The translations under genes and the position numbers were made by a program. Shown here piece by piece: positions 44,751 to 45,843 of a stretch of DNA of 45,843 nucleotides (positions within the stretch are counted from its first letter, which is position 1; the number at the start of each line of letters is the position of its first letter). Origin of the DNA: Candidatus Woesearchaeota archaeon (GTDB lineage: Archaea > Nanobdellota > Nanobdellia > SCGC-AAA011-G17 > PNOQ01); contig CAYMSW010000003.1 of the NCBI GenBank assembly GCA_964393215.1, positions 1 through 45,843 of the forward strand, written 5' to 3'. The notes beneath the pieces were generated by a model. The model did not search any database, was not told where the DNA came from, and worked only from the letters and a program-made list of their open reading frames with translations.

Positions 44751-45494
44751 TTACAAGTCCATCCTTTTGAAAAATCGCTCCGGGATGCTTTTAATGATCA
44801 GCATAATATATTTCCAAAACCATTTGGTATATATTTCATGCCGGTTTTTTTCCAAGGCATTGTAAATGTCTTCGGCAACTTGTTCCGGCTCGGCCATAAG
44901 GAGTTCCGGTAGTTTCAATCCCTCGGTCATGACAGTTCTAACATATCCGGGTTTGACAGTGATAACCTGAACATTCACCCGGCTCATTCTGCCTCTTAGT
45001 CCCGAAAGGTAGGCAGTCATCCCCGCCTTTGCGCTGCCGTACAGATAGTTGCTGCTGCGTCCCCGATCTCCGGCTACAGAACTGATTCCGATAATAAAAC
45101 CCCCTTTTCTTCTTTCAAAGTCAGCGGCTACGATATTGATGGCAGAAACGATTCCGGAAAAATTGGTGCTTATTATTTTACTGGCTTCCTCAAACTGCCT
45201 CTCAGCCGCCTTTTGGTCTCCCAGATAGCCGACGGCACAAACCAAACCCGATGGTTTTGGTTGCAGCCCCTCATAGAAAGCCTTGTGTTCTTGATGGTCC
45301 AGCGCATCGAAAACCATCGCTTTGGCATCTATAGAGTACCGAATTTTGAGATCTTCGGCTTCCCTTTCTAAGACATCCAATTCTCTTCCTGCCAGGTACA
45401 AATTAAAGCCCTCAGCTGCAAATCTCTTCGCAACAGCCCTGGCGATACCGGATGTAGCCCCAAGAATCAAAATGTAACGCTCAGCACTTTTCAT
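44751..45494 (-). CDS. Short-chain dehydrogenase/reductase of the DprE2 (decaprenylphospho-2'-keto-ribose reductase) type
   Basis: The track start is TTG 45512. I prefer ATG 45494..45492 ([20 protein letters not shown]) with GGAGGA 7 nt upstream. YGSAK is an intact YxxxK. Colinear with Mtb DprE2 from memory: [22 protein letters not shown] vs [30 protein letters not shown] vs IRPGQVRT; tail [23 protein letters not shown] vs [23 protein letters not shown]. Confidence 0.85.
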   Translation of the reverse strand: [247 protein letters not shown]

Positions 45495-45596
45495 CCAACA
45501 ATCCTCCGACAATTCTTTTTTCCATACATCAGTATCATGTCTTCAACAAATCCAGAATAAATTCTGTCAACTCCATTTGACGTACAATCGGCAGAT

Positions 45597-45843
45597 TCAA
45601 TTCTCGTTTTTGGATAGCATCGCTTTTGTTGCCCAAGCATTTGGCTTAAAGTTACGGTCTTTTGGCAGATCATTGGTATTGAGTCGCGGCAGTATTAGCG
45701 GATTGGTCTTTGATAGATCGGCAATTCCGACCTCAACAGTCAAACCTGCAACACAGTTTCTGTTGCCAATCGTAGACAACAATGCATCGTTATATGCCCC
45801 ATAAGGATAACACATGATCCAACGGTCGGTGTTGGTACCTATG
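45597..45843 (-). CDS. Polysaccharide deacetylase (NodB-homology) family protein, C-terminal part only; N-terminus lies beyond the right window edge
   Basis: The reverse-strand frame is open from the window edge: ...IGTNTDRWIMCYPYGAYNDALLSTIGNRNCVAGLTVEVGIADLSKTNPLILPRLNTND.... The CYPYG..ND...L...G...A.T pattern is typical of the C-terminal part of NodB-type deacetylases. The internal Met in the track is not the true start. Confidence 0.55.
   Translation of the reverse strand, partial: IGTNTDRWIMCYPYGAYNDALLSTIGNRNCVAGLTVEVGIADLSKTNPLILPRLNTNDLPKDRNFKPNAWATKAMLSKNEN

Noticed and set aside
1-45843. Scan for tRNA/rRNA genes, CRISPR repeats, IS elements, integrases, toxin-antitoxin or defence-system genes
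   Set aside because: I found no regularly spaced repeats, no transposase-, integrase- or nuclease-like translations in any supported ORF, and no cloverleaf-like or rRNA-like stretches. The non-coding gaps are all 206 nt or shorter.

Overview
This 45.8-kb window is essentially one tightly packed glycan biosynthesis and modification locus. I support 37 CDS: 36 on the minus strand and one methyltransferase gene on the plus strand. I recognised no tRNA, rRNA, CRISPR array, transposase or integrase.

Content, from my reading of the translated ORFs:
- 7 GT2-fold glycosyltransferases. Four are of the DPM1/GtrB/ArnC polyprenyl-phosphate-sugar-synthase type; one of these is fused to a SAM methyltransferase and one to a sugar nucleotidyltransferase.
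- 4 firm and 2 tentative GT-B glycosyltransferases.
- One GT11-like fucosyltransferase-fold protein.
- 5 large polytopic GT-C-like membrane proteins.
- 4 radical SAM enzymes: 2 B12-binding class B and 2 SPASM/twitch.
- 5 SAM methyltransferase domains.
- A neuC-neuB-neuA nonulosonic (sialic-type) acid cassette.
- An MBOAT plus DltD-like O-acylation pair.
- A DUF218 (ElyC/YdcF) protein.
- An extended-SDR epimerase/dehydratase.
- A DprE1-like/DprE2-like oxidase-reductase pair.
- A truncated polysaccharide deacetylase at the right edge.

No Wzx/Wzy/Wzz, ABC exporter, outer-membrane export protein or initiating phosphoglycosyltransferase is visible in the window.

The recurring theme is lipid-linked sugar synthase plus GT-C membrane transferase, which points to several extracytoplasmic glycosylation modules.

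Best candidates for undescribed biology:
1. 40141..45494: a DprE1/DprE2-type lipid-linked sugar epimerase pair bracketing an NTP-transferase::GT2 fusion, next to a GT-C-like protein.
2. 12457..15511: a GtrB-like synthase followed by a DUF2304-like::GT-C fusion.
3. 6974..12395: two paralogous giant membrane proteins sharing an unassigned C-terminal domain.
4. 34099..37330: radical SAM enzymes apparently co-transcribed with the neuCBA cassette, with an unannotated 30-codon ORF beside them.

All functional calls come from motif recognition by eye, and no database search was possible. The host taxon cannot be determined from this window.
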